Shown one piece after another: positions 28,939 to 38,520 of a stretch of DNA of 62,926 nucleotides. The notes beneath the pieces were generated by a model. The model made no database searches and was not told where the DNA came from. It saw nothing but the letters and a program-made list of their open reading frames with translations. The stretch's first letter is position 1. The number at the start of each line of letters is the position of its first letter. Origin of the DNA: a virus. Lineage: Duplodnaviria; Caudoviricetes. Both the position numbers and the translations under genes were made by a program. The stretch is taken from the IMG/VR virus record IMGVR_UViG_3300025598_002100, positions 1 to 62,926 of that record; one strand, written 5' to 3'.

Positions 28939-29320
28939 AATTACATTAATCACACCGCCTGATATTTTTCAAAATGATCAAAGAAGCTTAATGTTTATTG
29001 ATTTAGATGAAACTGATCAGGAACAAATCACACAATTATTAAAAGATGATACAAATGAATCTTTTAATATTTACTTTTACAGCGGAGAAACTAATATTCC
29101 TTGGTTATTGCATAGCCTTTCTTGCAGTGATTACAGGCTTATTAACTTAAATAATATGTCTGCTGTTACAAGCTATTTGGTAGGATATATTTTATCAAAA
29201 CCGAATACATATTATATAACTAATGATGCTAATATAGCAGAACTATATAGCCATATTAATCTAGGGCGGGTTAATAACATGAATGATTTTTTTGAAAGAA
29301 TACTCAGTGGAAAAGAATAA
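28928..29320 (+). CDS. Hypothetical protein
   Basis: Overlapping ORF in operon. Confidence 0.6.
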   Translation: MPAKITLITPPDIFQNDQRSLMFIDLDETDQEQITQLLKDDTNESFNIYFYSGETNIPWLLHSLSCSDYRLINLNNMSAVTSYLVGYILSKPNTYYITNDANIAELYSHINLGRVNNMNDFFERILSGKE

Positions 29321-30542
29321 AACACATTACTGCGATTTTTGTAATAAATCCAAAGAAGATGTTAAAAAGTTAATCGTCGGTGATTCTGCCGCTATTTGCA
29401 ATAGTTGTGTAGAACTATGTCGAGAGATGCTTGATGAAGAAAAAATTAAAAAATTTCCTTTAGAAAATTCTAAAGAAATATACAATCCTGTAAAAATAAA
29501 AGAATATCTCGATCAATACGTAATCGGACAAGATGAAGCAAAGATTGCCCTAAGCGTTGCTGTATGTCAACACTTTAAAAGAATCTATAACCATAACAAA
29601 GATATAAAAATCGAAAAAACCAATGTCTTATTACTAGGACCCACCGGGTGTGGTAAGACTATGTTGGCAAAAAAGTTAGCAGAATATCTCGATGTGCCAT
29701 TTGCTATATGTGATGCTACTGGATTAACCGAAGCGGGTTATGTAGGTGATGACGTTGAAAGTATTCTAAATCGTTTGATCTCTGCATCGGATGGCGATAT
29801 CGAACGTGCTCAACACGGTATTATTTACGTTGACGAAATCGACAAACTAAGTCGTAAAGGTGAAAATGTTAGTCTCACTAGAGATGTAGGCGGCGAAGGT
29901 GTTCAGCAATCATTACTTAAAATGATCGAAGGATCTATTGTACGTGTACCTGCGACTGATAAGCGTAAACATCCTAGAGGTGAAATGATTGAAGTAGATA
30001 CTAGTAGTATCTTGTTTATTTGTGGTGGCGCTTTTGTTGGGTTAGATAAGATCATTAATCGTAGAAATAAAACGAGTAGTGTCGGCTTTGGGTCAGTATT
30101 ACCTAGTAATACTAATAATTCTGCAAATTATCGCGATGTTACAACAAAAGATTTAATTACGTTCGGTATGATTCCGGAATTCGTCGGTCGGTTTGGATTA
30201 ATAACCAATGTCGAAGAATTAGATGTTAAAGATTTGGTAAGAATTTTAAAAGAACCGCGTAATAGTTTAATAACACAATATAAACATTTATTTGAATTAG
30301 ATGGTATTAATTTAGAATTTAACGATCCTGCACTTGAAAATATTGCCGAAAAAGCAAAAAAACTCGAAACCAATGCAAGAGGATTGAAGAATATATTAGA
30401 AAAAATGTTATTACCATACCAATTCGATGCAGTGGATCTAGTTTCGCGTGGTCTTAATAAAATTGTGATAACTAAAGAAGCAGTAGCAGGAGAGCCTGCT
30501 ACTCTAATTTTTAATAAGAGTAAAAAAGAAAATAAATTATGA
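29307..30542 (+). CDS. clpX: ATP-dependent Clp protease ATP-binding subunit ClpX
   Basis: Zn finger CDFC...[53 protein letters not shown] loop. Start probably GTG 29307. Confidence 0.95.
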   Translation: MEKNKTHYCDFCNKSKEDVKKLIVGDSAAICNSCVELCREMLDEEKIKKFPLENSKEIYNPVKIKEYLDQYVIGQDEAKIALSVAVCQHFKRIYNHNKDIKIEKTNVLLLGPTGCGKTMLAKKLAEYLDVPFAICDATGLTEAGYVGDDVESILNRLISASDGDIERAQHGIIYVDEIDKLSRKGENVSLTRDVGGEGVQQSLLKMIEGSIVRVPATDKRKHPRGEMIEVDTSSILFICGGAFVGLDKIINRRNKTSSVGFGSVLPSNTNNSANYRDVTTKDLITFGMIPEFVGRFGLITNVEELDVKDLVRILKEPRNSLITQYKHLFELDGINLEFNDPALENIAEKAKKLETNARGLKNILEKMLLPYQFDAVDLVSRGLNKIVITKEAVAGEPATLIFNKSKKENKL

Positions 30543-30745
30543 AAGTATATGTAAAAGACGGTAATATTAATTCTGCTTTAAGAAAATTTAAAAAGAAAGT
30601 AGAAGATAGCGGAATTTTAATCGAAGTTTTAGAAAGACAATATTACGAAAAACCAACTATTGCTAGACGTAAAGCCGCCGCTGCAGCTAAAGCCCGTTGG
30701 AAGAAAAAACAGAGAGAATTAAATACAGTCGCTCGTTACGAATAA
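30539..30745 (+). CDS. rpsU: Ribosomal protein bS21
   Basis: ALRKFKKKV...GIL...RQYYEKPT...[11 protein letters not shown]. Confidence 0.9.
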   Translation: MKVYVKDGNINSALRKFKKKVEDSGILIEVLERQYYEKPTIARRKAAAAAKARWKKKQRELNTVARYE

Positions 30746-30746
30746 T

Positions 30747-30795
30747 TTGACAATTATCGCTTTGTATCATACAATATAACTCGTTGTATGATACA
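30747..30795 (+). promoter_or_regulatory. sigma70 promoter overlapped by a 12-bp inverted repeat
   Basis: TTGACA (30747), 17 bp, TACAAT (30770); TGTATCATACAA-N9-TTGTATGATACA. Confidence 0.75.
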
Positions 30796-30803
30796 GAGAA
30801 AGA

Positions 30804-31661
30804 ATGAAGCGTACTAATATTAAAGATGCATTTGGCGGAGAAGTATTTTTTACCAAATTCATTGCAAGTGATTTAGAAACAGCTCGTCGACTGTTAACTG
30901 CTTTAGATCTCAGTTACGAAGATGGTTATTCAATAACACCCGAAGAACATACTACTCACTCTAAACGAGTAGATTTAGTGGTTCGTGACGAATCTAATGA
31001 AACTGTATTGATTATCGAAAGCCAAGATGCATCTGGATGGCTCGATAGTGTTCATGCTAGCAAAATTACATATTACATGTATGATAAGCAATGCGACGAT
31101 GGCGTCTTAATTTGTGAAGATGCAGATGAACACATCAAAGGCTTTGTGAAATGGCTGAACGAAAATACTCCATTACGTATTACTTTAATTAGTGCTATAA
31201 TTTTTGATTATGAAGGGCACAAGCATTGCGAATTTGTTCCATTAATTCGCCCGAGCAATCTTAATGATAAGAAAGTAATTCGCAAAACAGCATCTGCTTC
31301 GGAAAATGATCAAAATAAAGCAGAACATCTCCAGCAGATCTTCAGTGATAATCCTGGATTATTTACTAATGTTACCGGGCGTTATGTTAGTAAAAATAAT
31401 GTAGGAAATTCCGGTATGAATGTCGGAATTTCTCCTTATAATAGCGAAGGCTATTTTGTAGATATATGGCATGCAGGCAAGTCCGATACAGAATCTTTTA
31501 GAAAGAGCTTTACAGATCTTTGTAAGAAAAATGATCTCGAAGCCAAATTTCAAAAATCTCGGGCATATGTTAATGGTGAAAAAGTATTACGTACTACAGA
31601 CGCCATTACTGCATTTAAAATTTTCGTAAAAGCATTAGAAAATAAAGAGGTAGTATCTTAA
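30804..31661 (+). CDS. Putative PD-(D/E)XK nuclease-fold protein (NucS/DUF4268-like)
   Basis: PEE...KRVDLVV...LIIESQ...D..H..K pattern. Confidence 0.5.
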   Translation: MKRTNIKDAFGGEVFFTKFIASDLETARRLLTALDLSYEDGYSITPEEHTTHSKRVDLVVRDESNETVLIIESQDASGWLDSVHASKITYYMYDKQCDDGVLICEDADEHIKGFVKWLNENTPLRITLISAIIFDYEGHKHCEFVPLIRPSNLNDKKVIRKTASASENDQNKAEHLQQIFSDNPGLFTNVTGRYVSKNNVGNSGMNVGISPYNSEGYFVDIWHAGKSDTESFRKSFTDLCKKNDLEAKFQKSRAYVNGEKVLRTTDAITAFKIFVKALENKEVVS

Positions 31662-32197
31662 TGTCAAAACATTTAATGGTCGATTTGGAAACATTGTCAG
31701 TTGCACCCGACGCAGTTATTTTAACACTAGGTGCTGTACATTTTAATCCTCTAGGAAACGGTATAATTGATGAATTGTATTTTAAAATCGATCTCGATGA
31801 TCAAGATAAACTAAAAAGATCAATTGATAACAACACTATCGAATGGTGGGGTAAACAGGACCCTACAATTATGGAAGAAGCATTTTCTTCGGAAGGCCGT
31901 ATTAAGGTTACGGATGCTATTGATCAATTTCATAAGTTTGCTTGGGGATGCAAGACTTTTTGGAGTCACGGCTCTGTGTTCGATCTTATGATTATGGAAA
32001 ATATCTATAAGCAGCTTACGAAAACCCCTCCTTGGAGTTTTTGGCAGATCAGAGATACTAGAACTTTATTTGATCTAGGAGTTGATCCTGAAATGCCTAA
32101 AGAATCGAAACATAATGCACTTGAAGATGCTAAAAGGCAAGCGATTGGAGTACAAAATGTTTATAAACAACTGTATAAAGGATATAGAGGATTATAA
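31661..32197 (+). CDS. DEDDh 3'-5' exonuclease (exoVIII/RNase AS-like)
   Basis: MVDLETL, WSHGSVFD, RDTRT, HNALEDA. Confidence 0.85.
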   Translation: MSKHLMVDLETLSVAPDAVILTLGAVHFNPLGNGIIDELYFKIDLDDQDKLKRSIDNNTIEWWGKQDPTIMEEAFSSEGRIKVTDAIDQFHKFAWGCKTFWSHGSVFDLMIMENIYKQLTKTPPWSFWQIRDTRTLFDLGVDPEMPKESKHNALEDAKRQAIGVQNVYKQLYKGYRGL

Positions 32198-32769
32198 TGG
32201 AAAATCTACTATCTCACGATGAAATTAACCATGCAATACTTGCAAGATCTTTACATTTAGAATATGATGAAAATACCTATTTTAGTAAAGGCATATATAA
32301 TTACGTATTAGATCATGTAGATGATCCTCATATATTGTTTAGAGTAGCGTTATACGGATATTATAGAAAAGAATACAAATGGACTAACGAACAAACTGAA
32401 GAATTCTTTCAATTACATAAACATGATTCTATCAAATGGGACGACGGTTTTCATGTTTATTATTATGACTGGGGTAAGGGTAAAAATAGAATTACTAGAG
32501 ATCCTATGCATTTTCCTAATTTAGATCATGTACAGCCTAAGAGTATAGATGTTAACAAAAATGGGCCTGAAAACTTTCGTATACGTTGCAAACGCTTAAA
32601 TGAGAGCAAAAGCGATGCTAACAGTGATAACGAACGTAGAGCTAGTATTGTTGATCTTTTCAAAGACATGACTGCCGAAGGACAACAAGTAATTTTATCT
32701 TATCTAAATACTATTAAAAAAGAAATTGATAAAACTTTAGATTGCTCTACATCAAATAAAATTATATAA
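32197..32769 (+). CDS. HNH-motif protein
   Basis: NLDHVQPKS...GPENFRIRCKRLNESKSD. Confidence 0.6.
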   Translation: MENLLSHDEINHAILARSLHLEYDENTYFSKGIYNYVLDHVDDPHILFRVALYGYYRKEYKWTNEQTEEFFQLHKHDSIKWDDGFHVYYYDWGKGKNRITRDPMHFPNLDHVQPKSIDVNKNGPENFRIRCKRLNESKSDANSDNERRASIVDLFKDMTAEGQQVILSYLNTIKKEIDKTLDCSTSNKII

Positions 32770-32794
32770 TGCTCTAAATTAAAAGGAGAATAAT

Positions 32795-33325
32795 ATGAAT
32801 TGGACTGTTCCAAATGTTACGTTTATGTTTCGTGTAGGCGACGAACCTACTGATGACGGCGGATGCCCGATTGGTGGCGAGTTTGTTGCTAAAACCACAC
32901 AGGATTTGTTTGCCAGCAAGCGGGTAGTGCTTTTTAGCCTCCCGGGTGCATTTACTCCTACTTGCTCATCAAAGCAGCTTCCTGGATTCGAGGAAGGATA
33001 TAATGAGTTTAAGAATTTGGGTGTAGATGAAATCTATTGCATTAGTGTTAATGATGCGTTTGTTATGAACGAATGGGCACGACAACTTGGTATTAAGAAC
33101 GTTAAGGTCATTCCAGATGGTACCGGACAGTTTACTCGTTTAATGGGTCGACTTGTTGATAAGAGTGCAATTGGTTTTGGTTATCGCAGTCATCGCTATG
33201 CTGCTATTGTTAACAATGGTGTAATCGAAAAGATTTTTGATGAACCCGGACGTGAGGACAATTTCGGTAGCGACCCCTACGGCGAAACTAGCCCAGAAAA
33301 TGTTCTTGCTTATCTTAAGGGCTAA
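32795..33325 (+). CDS. Peroxiredoxin (Prx5 type)
   Basis: SLPGAFTPTCS, SVNDAFVM. Confidence 0.93.
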   Translation: MNWTVPNVTFMFRVGDEPTDDGGCPIGGEFVAKTTQDLFASKRVVLFSLPGAFTPTCSSKQLPGFEEGYNEFKNLGVDEIYCISVNDAFVMNEWARQLGIKNVKVIPDGTGQFTRLMGRLVDKSAIGFGYRSHRYAAIVNNGVIEKIFDEPGREDNFGSDPYGETSPENVLAYLKG

Positions 33326-33328
33326 ATA

Positions 33329-33532
33329 ATGCGCGATCCGAAACTAGGGTATCATTGGCTTTGGCTCTATCCATTAGCTGTTTTGTTACTTATAGTTTCG
33401 GTATTAGCATTTCCCTTTATTAAATTTATTGACTTTTATCAAAAGTATCAGCATAATAAACGTATGCAACGGATTTATAAAAAGAATCCAGATATTAAAG
33501 ATTTATCTATTTTAGCAGGTACAAAGAAGTAG
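33329..33532 (+). CDS. Small membrane protein
   Basis: One hydrophobic helix. Confidence 0.55.
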   Translation: MRDPKLGYHWLWLYPLAVLLLIVSVLAFPFIKFIDFYQKYQHNKRMQRIYKKNPDIKDLSILAGTKK

Positions 33533-33561
33533 TTGACAATTAGGTAAAAGTTAATTATAAT
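33533..33561 (+). promoter_or_regulatory. Perfect-consensus sigma70 promoter
   Basis: TTGACA, 17 bp, TATAAT. Confidence 0.88.
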
Positions 33562-33581
33562 ATCTGCATAGTTTGAAATTA

Positions 33582-33764
33582 AGGATAGGTACAGCAATTC
33601 ATAATCAATATGGAACGCTAATACATTGTATTAGATAGAGTGGTTTCGACAGTTCCTCTCGATAAACATAAAAAGTAGATAACTATCCTGTTTTTAAATT
33701 AGGTTAAGTTCCGCATTCAATCAATATCCAATGTCTACTAGGACGTAAAACTAGTTTTAACCTG
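33582..33764 (+). ncRNA. Two tandem related stem-closed RNA elements (candidate Y-RNA-like ligands)
   Basis: AGGATAG/CTATCCT (33582-33689) and AGGTTAA/TTAACCT (33701-33763), both with GT(A/T)C(A/C)GCA..TTCA..AATCAATAT after the 5' arm and ending CCTGT. Confidence 0.5.
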
Positions 33765-33778
33765 TAAGGAGAATAAAG

Positions 33779-35179
33779 ATGAATATGTTTGTAGACGCAG
33801 TTAAAGAAGTTCAAATCGAAACTCGTACTATTAACGGTATGAAAACTTTCGATTCCAGCAAGAGTCAGCTCGTTGACTTGTTCTTTGCAATCGGTGCAAG
33901 TCGTGGAAAAGACTTGAGCGCCGAATTCCACCGTGCTCTTGCTGAAGATGAAACGCTAGCACTTCGCTTGCTCATGTGGGCTCGCGACGTTCGCGGCGGT
34001 GCAGGCGAGCGTGATGTTGTTCGCACTATCTTGCTTAGTCTGGAAAAGAAAGATCCAGATGTGTTGAAGCGTGTGCTTCCTCACCTAGCTGAGTTTGGCC
34101 GCTGGGATGACTTGTTGATTTTTGAGCACAATCCGGAAATCAAGAGCATGGCTTTTGATCTTATCCATGCAGCACTTAAGGCTGGCAACGGTCTCTGTGC
34201 TAAGTGGATGCCTCGTAAGGGAGAGAAGTCTGCAGAGTTGCGTAATGCACTCGGTATGAGTCCTAAGACTTATCGCAAAACTCTAGTCAATTTGACTAAG
34301 GTTGTTGAGCAGAATATGTGTGCTAACGACTGGAATAACATTAACTATAACCACGTTCCTAGCGTGGCTGCTAGTCGTTACCAGAAAGCGTTTAAGAAGC
34401 ACGATCCGGAGGGCTATGAAGCGTATGCTTCTAAACTCGAAAAGGGCGAGGCTAAGATTAACGCTGGTGCAGTCTATCCGTATGACATCATCAAGGCACA
34501 CAATGCAGGTGGTGATGATAAGGTAGTTACTGCACAGTGGGAAGCATTGCCTAACTACATTGGTGACGAATTGATTCTTCCGATGGTAGATGTTTCGGGC
34601 TCTATGTGTGTACCAATCAGTAGCAACAAGAACCTGCAATGTATCGATGTTGCAGTTAGCTTAGGTTTGTATCTTGCAGATAAGAATACCGGTCCGTTTA
34701 AAGACATGTTCTTAACTTTCTCGACTGTTCCGGAGCTACAGGTTCTTAAGGGTAATCTCATTAAAAAAATTGCACAGCTTCAAAACGCTCAATGGGGGAT
34801 GAGCACCAATCTTAACAAAGCATTTGAGTTAATTCTCGATTACGCTGTTAAGGGCAAAGTTGCAACTAAGGACATGCCTAAGTATGTGCTCATCTTGTCA
34901 GATATGGAGTTTAATCGGTGCACAAAACACGACGACAGTGCTATGCAAATGATTGTACGTAAGTACGAAGCTGCTGGCTACGAGGTTCCGAATATTATTT
35001 TCTGGAATCTAGCAGCACGTAGCGGAAACGTTCCAGTGAAGTATGACAAGAAAGGTACTGCATTAATTTCCGGATTCAGCCCGGCAATTATGACTTCGGT
35101 ACTAGCAGCTAAGAGTATTACTCCGATAGATGTGATGCTTGAGACTCTAAACCGGCCACGTTACGCTATCATCGATTAA
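33779..35179 (+). CDS. Ro60/TROVE-like protein with C-terminal vWA domain (DUF2828-like)
   Basis: ARDVRGGAGER, FGRWDDL, CAKWMPR, INYNHVPS, MIDAS DVSGS, WGMSTN, LSDMEF, IFWN, SGFSP. Confidence 0.8.
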   Translation: MNMFVDAVKEVQIETRTINGMKTFDSSKSQLVDLFFAIGASRGKDLSAEFHRALAEDETLALRLLMWARDVRGGAGERDVVRTILLSLEKKDPDVLKRVLPHLAEFGRWDDLLIFEHNPEIKSMAFDLIHAALKAGNGLCAKWMPRKGEKSAELRNALGMSPKTYRKTLVNLTKVVEQNMCANDWNNINYNHVPSVAASRYQKAFKKHDPEGYEAYASKLEKGEAKINAGAVYPYDIIKAHNAGGDDKVVTAQWEALPNYIGDELILPMVDVSGSMCVPISSNKNLQCIDVAVSLGLYLADKNTGPFKDMFLTFSTVPELQVLKGNLIKKIAQLQNAQWGMSTNLNKAFELILDYAVKGKVATKDMPKYVLILSDMEFNRCTKHDDSAMQMIVRKYEAAGYEVPNIIFWNLAARSGNVPVKYDKKGTALISGFSPAIMTSVLAAKSITPIDVMLETLNRPRYAIID

Positions 35180-35204
35180 TAGTTAAGCAATTAACTACGT
35201 ATAT

Positions 35205-35236
35205 AAATAAAGGAGCAATTATGCTCCTTTATTTTT
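35205..35236 (+). terminator. Hairpin/terminator overlapping a late box
   Basis: AAATAAAGGAGCA-atta-TGCTCCTTTATTT; TATAAATA at 35202-35209. Confidence 0.65.
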
Positions 35237-36220
35237 ATGAACATACTATTTCACACATATACTTTAAATTTTAGAGGCGGAGCTAGAGCGGTAGCAGATT
35301 ATGCCAAATATAATCAGGAAATTTTAGGAAATTCTAGCACAATTATCTATGAAAAGGGAGTATTCGATGGATACGTCGATATGCAAACTGAAAACTCTGC
35401 TTTAGATTATTTTAATAATGAATTTAATGTAATATCTTATAATGCATCTGAATCTAATTTAGTTAATGAAATTGCTAATAAGTATGACGTATTTTATAGT
35501 TTAAGAGCCGGGTGGGTGCAAGAACCTTTAGTGACTTCTACAAAAGCTGCAAACCATGTAGTTTTTCAAGTTTGTGATCCGTATGGGGATCGCTATGCAT
35601 ACATTTCCGACTGGCTTTCTTTAAAAATGTCTAATGGCAAATTGCCTTATGTCCCGCACATTGTTCAACTTCCTCAACCAAACCCATTAGCTCGCAATTC
35701 TCTCAGGAGTCGACTTGGCATAGCTGAAAATAAATTTATTTTTGGAAGATACGGTGCCTGGGGTTCGTTTGATGTTGCTGAAGTTCAACGTGCTATTATC
35801 GAAATAGTAACAGAATATAATGATATTGTTTTTGTTTTTGTGAATACTAATCCATTTTTCTATCACCCAAATATAATATATCTAAATCCGATAATGGATT
35901 TGCAATTAAAATCCGATTATATCGATATGTGCGATGCGATGATACATGCAAGATCAAACGGCGAATCTTTCGGATTAGCTATATGTGAATTTTTATTCCA
36001 TGATAAGCCTGTATTAGCATGGGAAGGAGGAGAGGATCAGCATCACGTCGATTTACTTAAAAATCATAATTTAATTTATAATTTATCAAACGTAAAAGAA
36101 ATGATGCTAAATCTTACTACTACTCAAAAATATCCAGATGTATATAGAAATATCATTAAGAGATTTGAACCAAAAACTGTAATGAAACAGTTTAAAGATG
36201 TGTTCTTAACTTTTAACTAA
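35237..36220 (+). CDS. GT-B (GT4-like) glycosyltransferase
   Basis: RGGARA N-terminus; HARSNGESFGLAICE. Confidence 0.75.
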   Translation: MNILFHTYTLNFRGGARAVADYAKYNQEILGNSSTIIYEKGVFDGYVDMQTENSALDYFNNEFNVISYNASESNLVNEIANKYDVFYSLRAGWVQEPLVTSTKAANHVVFQVCDPYGDRYAYISDWLSLKMSNGKLPYVPHIVQLPQPNPLARNSLRSRLGIAENKFIFGRYGAWGSFDVAEVQRAIIEIVTEYNDIVFVFVNTNPFFYHPNIIYLNPIMDLQLKSDYIDMCDAMIHARSNGESFGLAICEFLFHDKPVLAWEGGEDQHHVDLLKNHNLIYNLSNVKEMMLNLTTTQKYPDVYRNIIKRFEPKTVMKQFKDVFLTFN

Positions 36221-36632
36221 ACCAACCTAATTTTTCACCAGCAGCTTTTCTACGATCTGCTTCAGCGCGGCTACCTGGTAATCTACTTGCCCAAATTAGA
36301 ATTAAAGCAAAGAATATACTTAGTCCTAAACATAGCTTCCAGTTGCCGGTACGCCAATATATTAGAATTAAACTAAAGTCCATACTAGCAAACATTAGCC
36401 ATTTAGCAATAGTAGGGAATACTCGGCCTTCACTCCAGTTACGTATAACCGGTCCAAAAAGTTTATGGTTAAGCATATAGTTATGGAACTTTTCCGAACT
36501 TTTACTAAAGCACCATGCTGCTAAAATACTGGGAGTCGACCAAGGCAATCCTGGTATAAATGTTCCCAAATATGCAACTCCTAGAAATAAGATACCTAAA
36601 GTAAACCAAAGAGCTTTTTTAATTTTATTCAT
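36213..36632 (-). CDS. YbaN/DUF454-family inner-membrane protein
   Basis: LG..GTFIPGLP.STP.ILAAWCFSKSSEKFHNYMLNHKLFGPVIRNW. Confidence 0.85.
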   Translation of the reverse strand: MNKIKKALWFTLGILFLGVAYLGTFIPGLPWSTPSILAAWCFSKSSEKFHNYMLNHKLFGPVIRNWSEGRVFPTIAKWLMFASMDFSLILIYWRTGNWKLCLGLSIFFALILIWASRLPGSRAEADRRKAAGEKLGWFS

Positions 36633-36661
36633 ATTTTATTCTCGTTTGAAATATTTATTTG

Positions 36662-36691
36662 TTGACTTTACCCCACAAAATGTTTTATAGT
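36662..36691 (+). promoter_or_regulatory. sigma70-like promoter upstream of the structured ORF-free region
   Basis: TTGACT, 18 bp, TATAGT. Confidence 0.55.
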
Positions 36692-36697
36692 ATATCA

Positions 36698-37197
36698 ACT
36701 AAGGCACACTTACCGGCAAAAACATAGGCAAATCAATCAACGCTTAAGCTCGCACCGGCTAATTTCGGGTGCCTATGATAACCGGACAGCAAAGTCGCGG
36801 GGACAGAAATCCTGTGTGTTGACAGGAACTCAGCCACTACCCCTTCAGGGATGATGATGGAATATGCCTATATAATCCGTTTGGCTAGGTTAAAAATACT
36901 AGGGCTCTTTTGATCGCGGCTCTGTGAAAAAGATACAACCGCAAATGCTACATGTCTGCTAACATCGGTATGTAGTGTTCCCGTTAGATTGAAGTTAGGA
37001 ATAAGAAGTACAGGCTAACCGCTTCTGCGCAGAAATGCAATTTCCGAATGTTAGTGACTAACGAACTCAGGTAATATTCGTTAGAAATCTTCGCCCTGTT
37101 TTGGGCGAAGTATGACCTGTGAATCTAGGTAATCATTTCTCTTAAGAGAAAATGTGATGAGCGCGAGCGAAATCACAGGCGAATACTTTCGCCTTTC
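36698..37197 (+). ncRNA. Candidate large structured ncRNA (~500 nt), family not recognised
   Basis: No ORF of 60 aa or more; visibly more GC-rich than flanks; more than 10 helices and possible long-range loop pairings; bounded by promoters. Confidence 0.6.
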
Positions 37198-37203
37198 AAA
37201 TAA

Positions 37204-37232
37204 TTGACATTGTTGGTAATTCCAGATATAAT
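37204..37232 (+). promoter_or_regulatory. Perfect-consensus sigma70 promoter (leaderless transcript)
   Basis: TTGACA, 17 bp, TATAAT; ATG 6 nt downstream. Confidence 0.85.
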
Positions 37233-37238
37233 TACGTT

Positions 37239-38057
37239 ATGAAAATTAATATTGTAAGCGATCTACATTTGGATATCGGCGGGTACCAGGAATTACCTGG
37301 CGGAGAAGTATTAATTCTTAGTGGCGATATCGCCGAAGTTCGTAATATTCGTAAACATTATCATAGTACTAAACTATTATCTGATCTACCTAATCATGAA
37401 TACGCATGTTCAGAGTTCTTTCATTATGAATGTGCTAAGTACGATCGTGTATTCTACGTAATGGGTAATCACGAACATTACAGAAGTGTCTATCAAAACA
37501 CTCGTAAAGATCTCGAATATATGATGCCTACAAATCTTACTATTTTAGAAAATGATGTAGTCGATTATAATGGCATTATGTTTATGGGTGCTACATTATG
37601 GACAGACTTAAATCGTGGCGACCCTTTAACTCAATATCATATTAAGCAATGTATGAGTGATTATCGTCAAATCACCCAGAAAGGTGATGTGTATGATGCC
37701 TATCATAAACTTAAACCATCTTTTACTATAGCAGAACATCGCCGCAGTTTGGAATATTTTAAAATTGTACTCGAGCAAAATAAGGATCGTAAGTTTGTGA
37801 TTATAACTCACCATGCACCGAGCGAAATGAGTGTGCATGAATATTATAAACATGATACGTTAATGAATGGTGGATACATGAGTCGTTTAGAAGAGTTTAT
37901 CCTAGATCGCCCTAACATTTGTTTATGGACGCATGGGCATATGCATAACAAGGCTGATTATCTAATTGGAGATACTCGAGTGGTATGTAATCCTAGAGGG
38001 TACCTTCCGTATGAAGCAGATAATGAGTTTGATCCAGGATTTACAGTGGAGTTATAA
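37239..38057 (+). CDS. Calcineurin-like metallophosphoesterase
   Basis: VSDLH, SGDI, GNHEHY, ATLWTD, THHAP, HGHMH, NPRGY. Confidence 0.88.
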   Translation: MKINIVSDLHLDIGGYQELPGGEVLILSGDIAEVRNIRKHYHSTKLLSDLPNHEYACSEFFHYECAKYDRVFYVMGNHEHYRSVYQNTRKDLEYMMPTNLTILENDVVDYNGIMFMGATLWTDLNRGDPLTQYHIKQCMSDYRQITQKGDVYDAYHKLKPSFTIAEHRRSLEYFKIVLEQNKDRKFVIITHHAPSEMSVHEYYKHDTLMNGGYMSRLEEFILDRPNICLWTHGHMHNKADYLIGDTRVVCNPRGYLPYEADNEFDPGFTVEL

Positions 38058-38362
38058 TGTTTAAGTTTCTTCGTCTATGGAAAAAATATCCTAAGCGAGA
38101 TAAATCGTTGCGTATTCCTGTTAGTCAACATCAAGAGATTTACGAACATATTAGGCTTAAAGTTTTTCGAGAATGGCACAAAGATAATCCTGAGAGATCT
38201 ATAGTCGATTTCTATAATATACCTTTACCATCATTAGGTTTAATGTTTAAGCAATATAGTGGGGTTACTATTGATATGGGCGAAAAAGATCTAGAAAAAT
38301 TCTTTTTCGTGTTTGCTAACGAAGCAGCATATACTATGTTCTTATTAAAGTGGTCTTCATAA
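38057..38362 (+). CDS. Hypothetical phage protein
   Basis: Coupled ORF ending AYTMFLLKWS. Confidence 0.6.
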   Translation: MFKFLRLWKKYPKRDKSLRIPVSQHQEIYEHIRLKVFREWHKDNPERSIVDFYNIPLPSLGLMFKQYSGVTIDMGEKDLEKFFFVFANEAAYTMFLLKWSS

Positions 38363-38520
38363 GCAATATTTAGGTATTATATGTTTTATAATAGTAATAA
38401 CACACATTATCATTTTTATTTAGGTACAGATCGACCGCCTTTTTTTATTAAAAAGTTCATAGTATACAGAAATTATTCGACGATAGTAAAAAAGAATAAT
38501 TACTTTTTTAGAGGGTAATT

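Noticed and set aside
33582-33764. Two related elements as a mini-CRISPR array
   Set aside because: Only two degenerate copies, conserved in terminal pairing rather than as identical direct repeats.
36698-37197. RNase P RNA, tmRNA or self-splicing intron
   Set aside because: No GAGGAAAGTCC P4 signature, no tRNA-like ends with CCA, no GTGCG 5' end or domain V, and no interrupted host gene.
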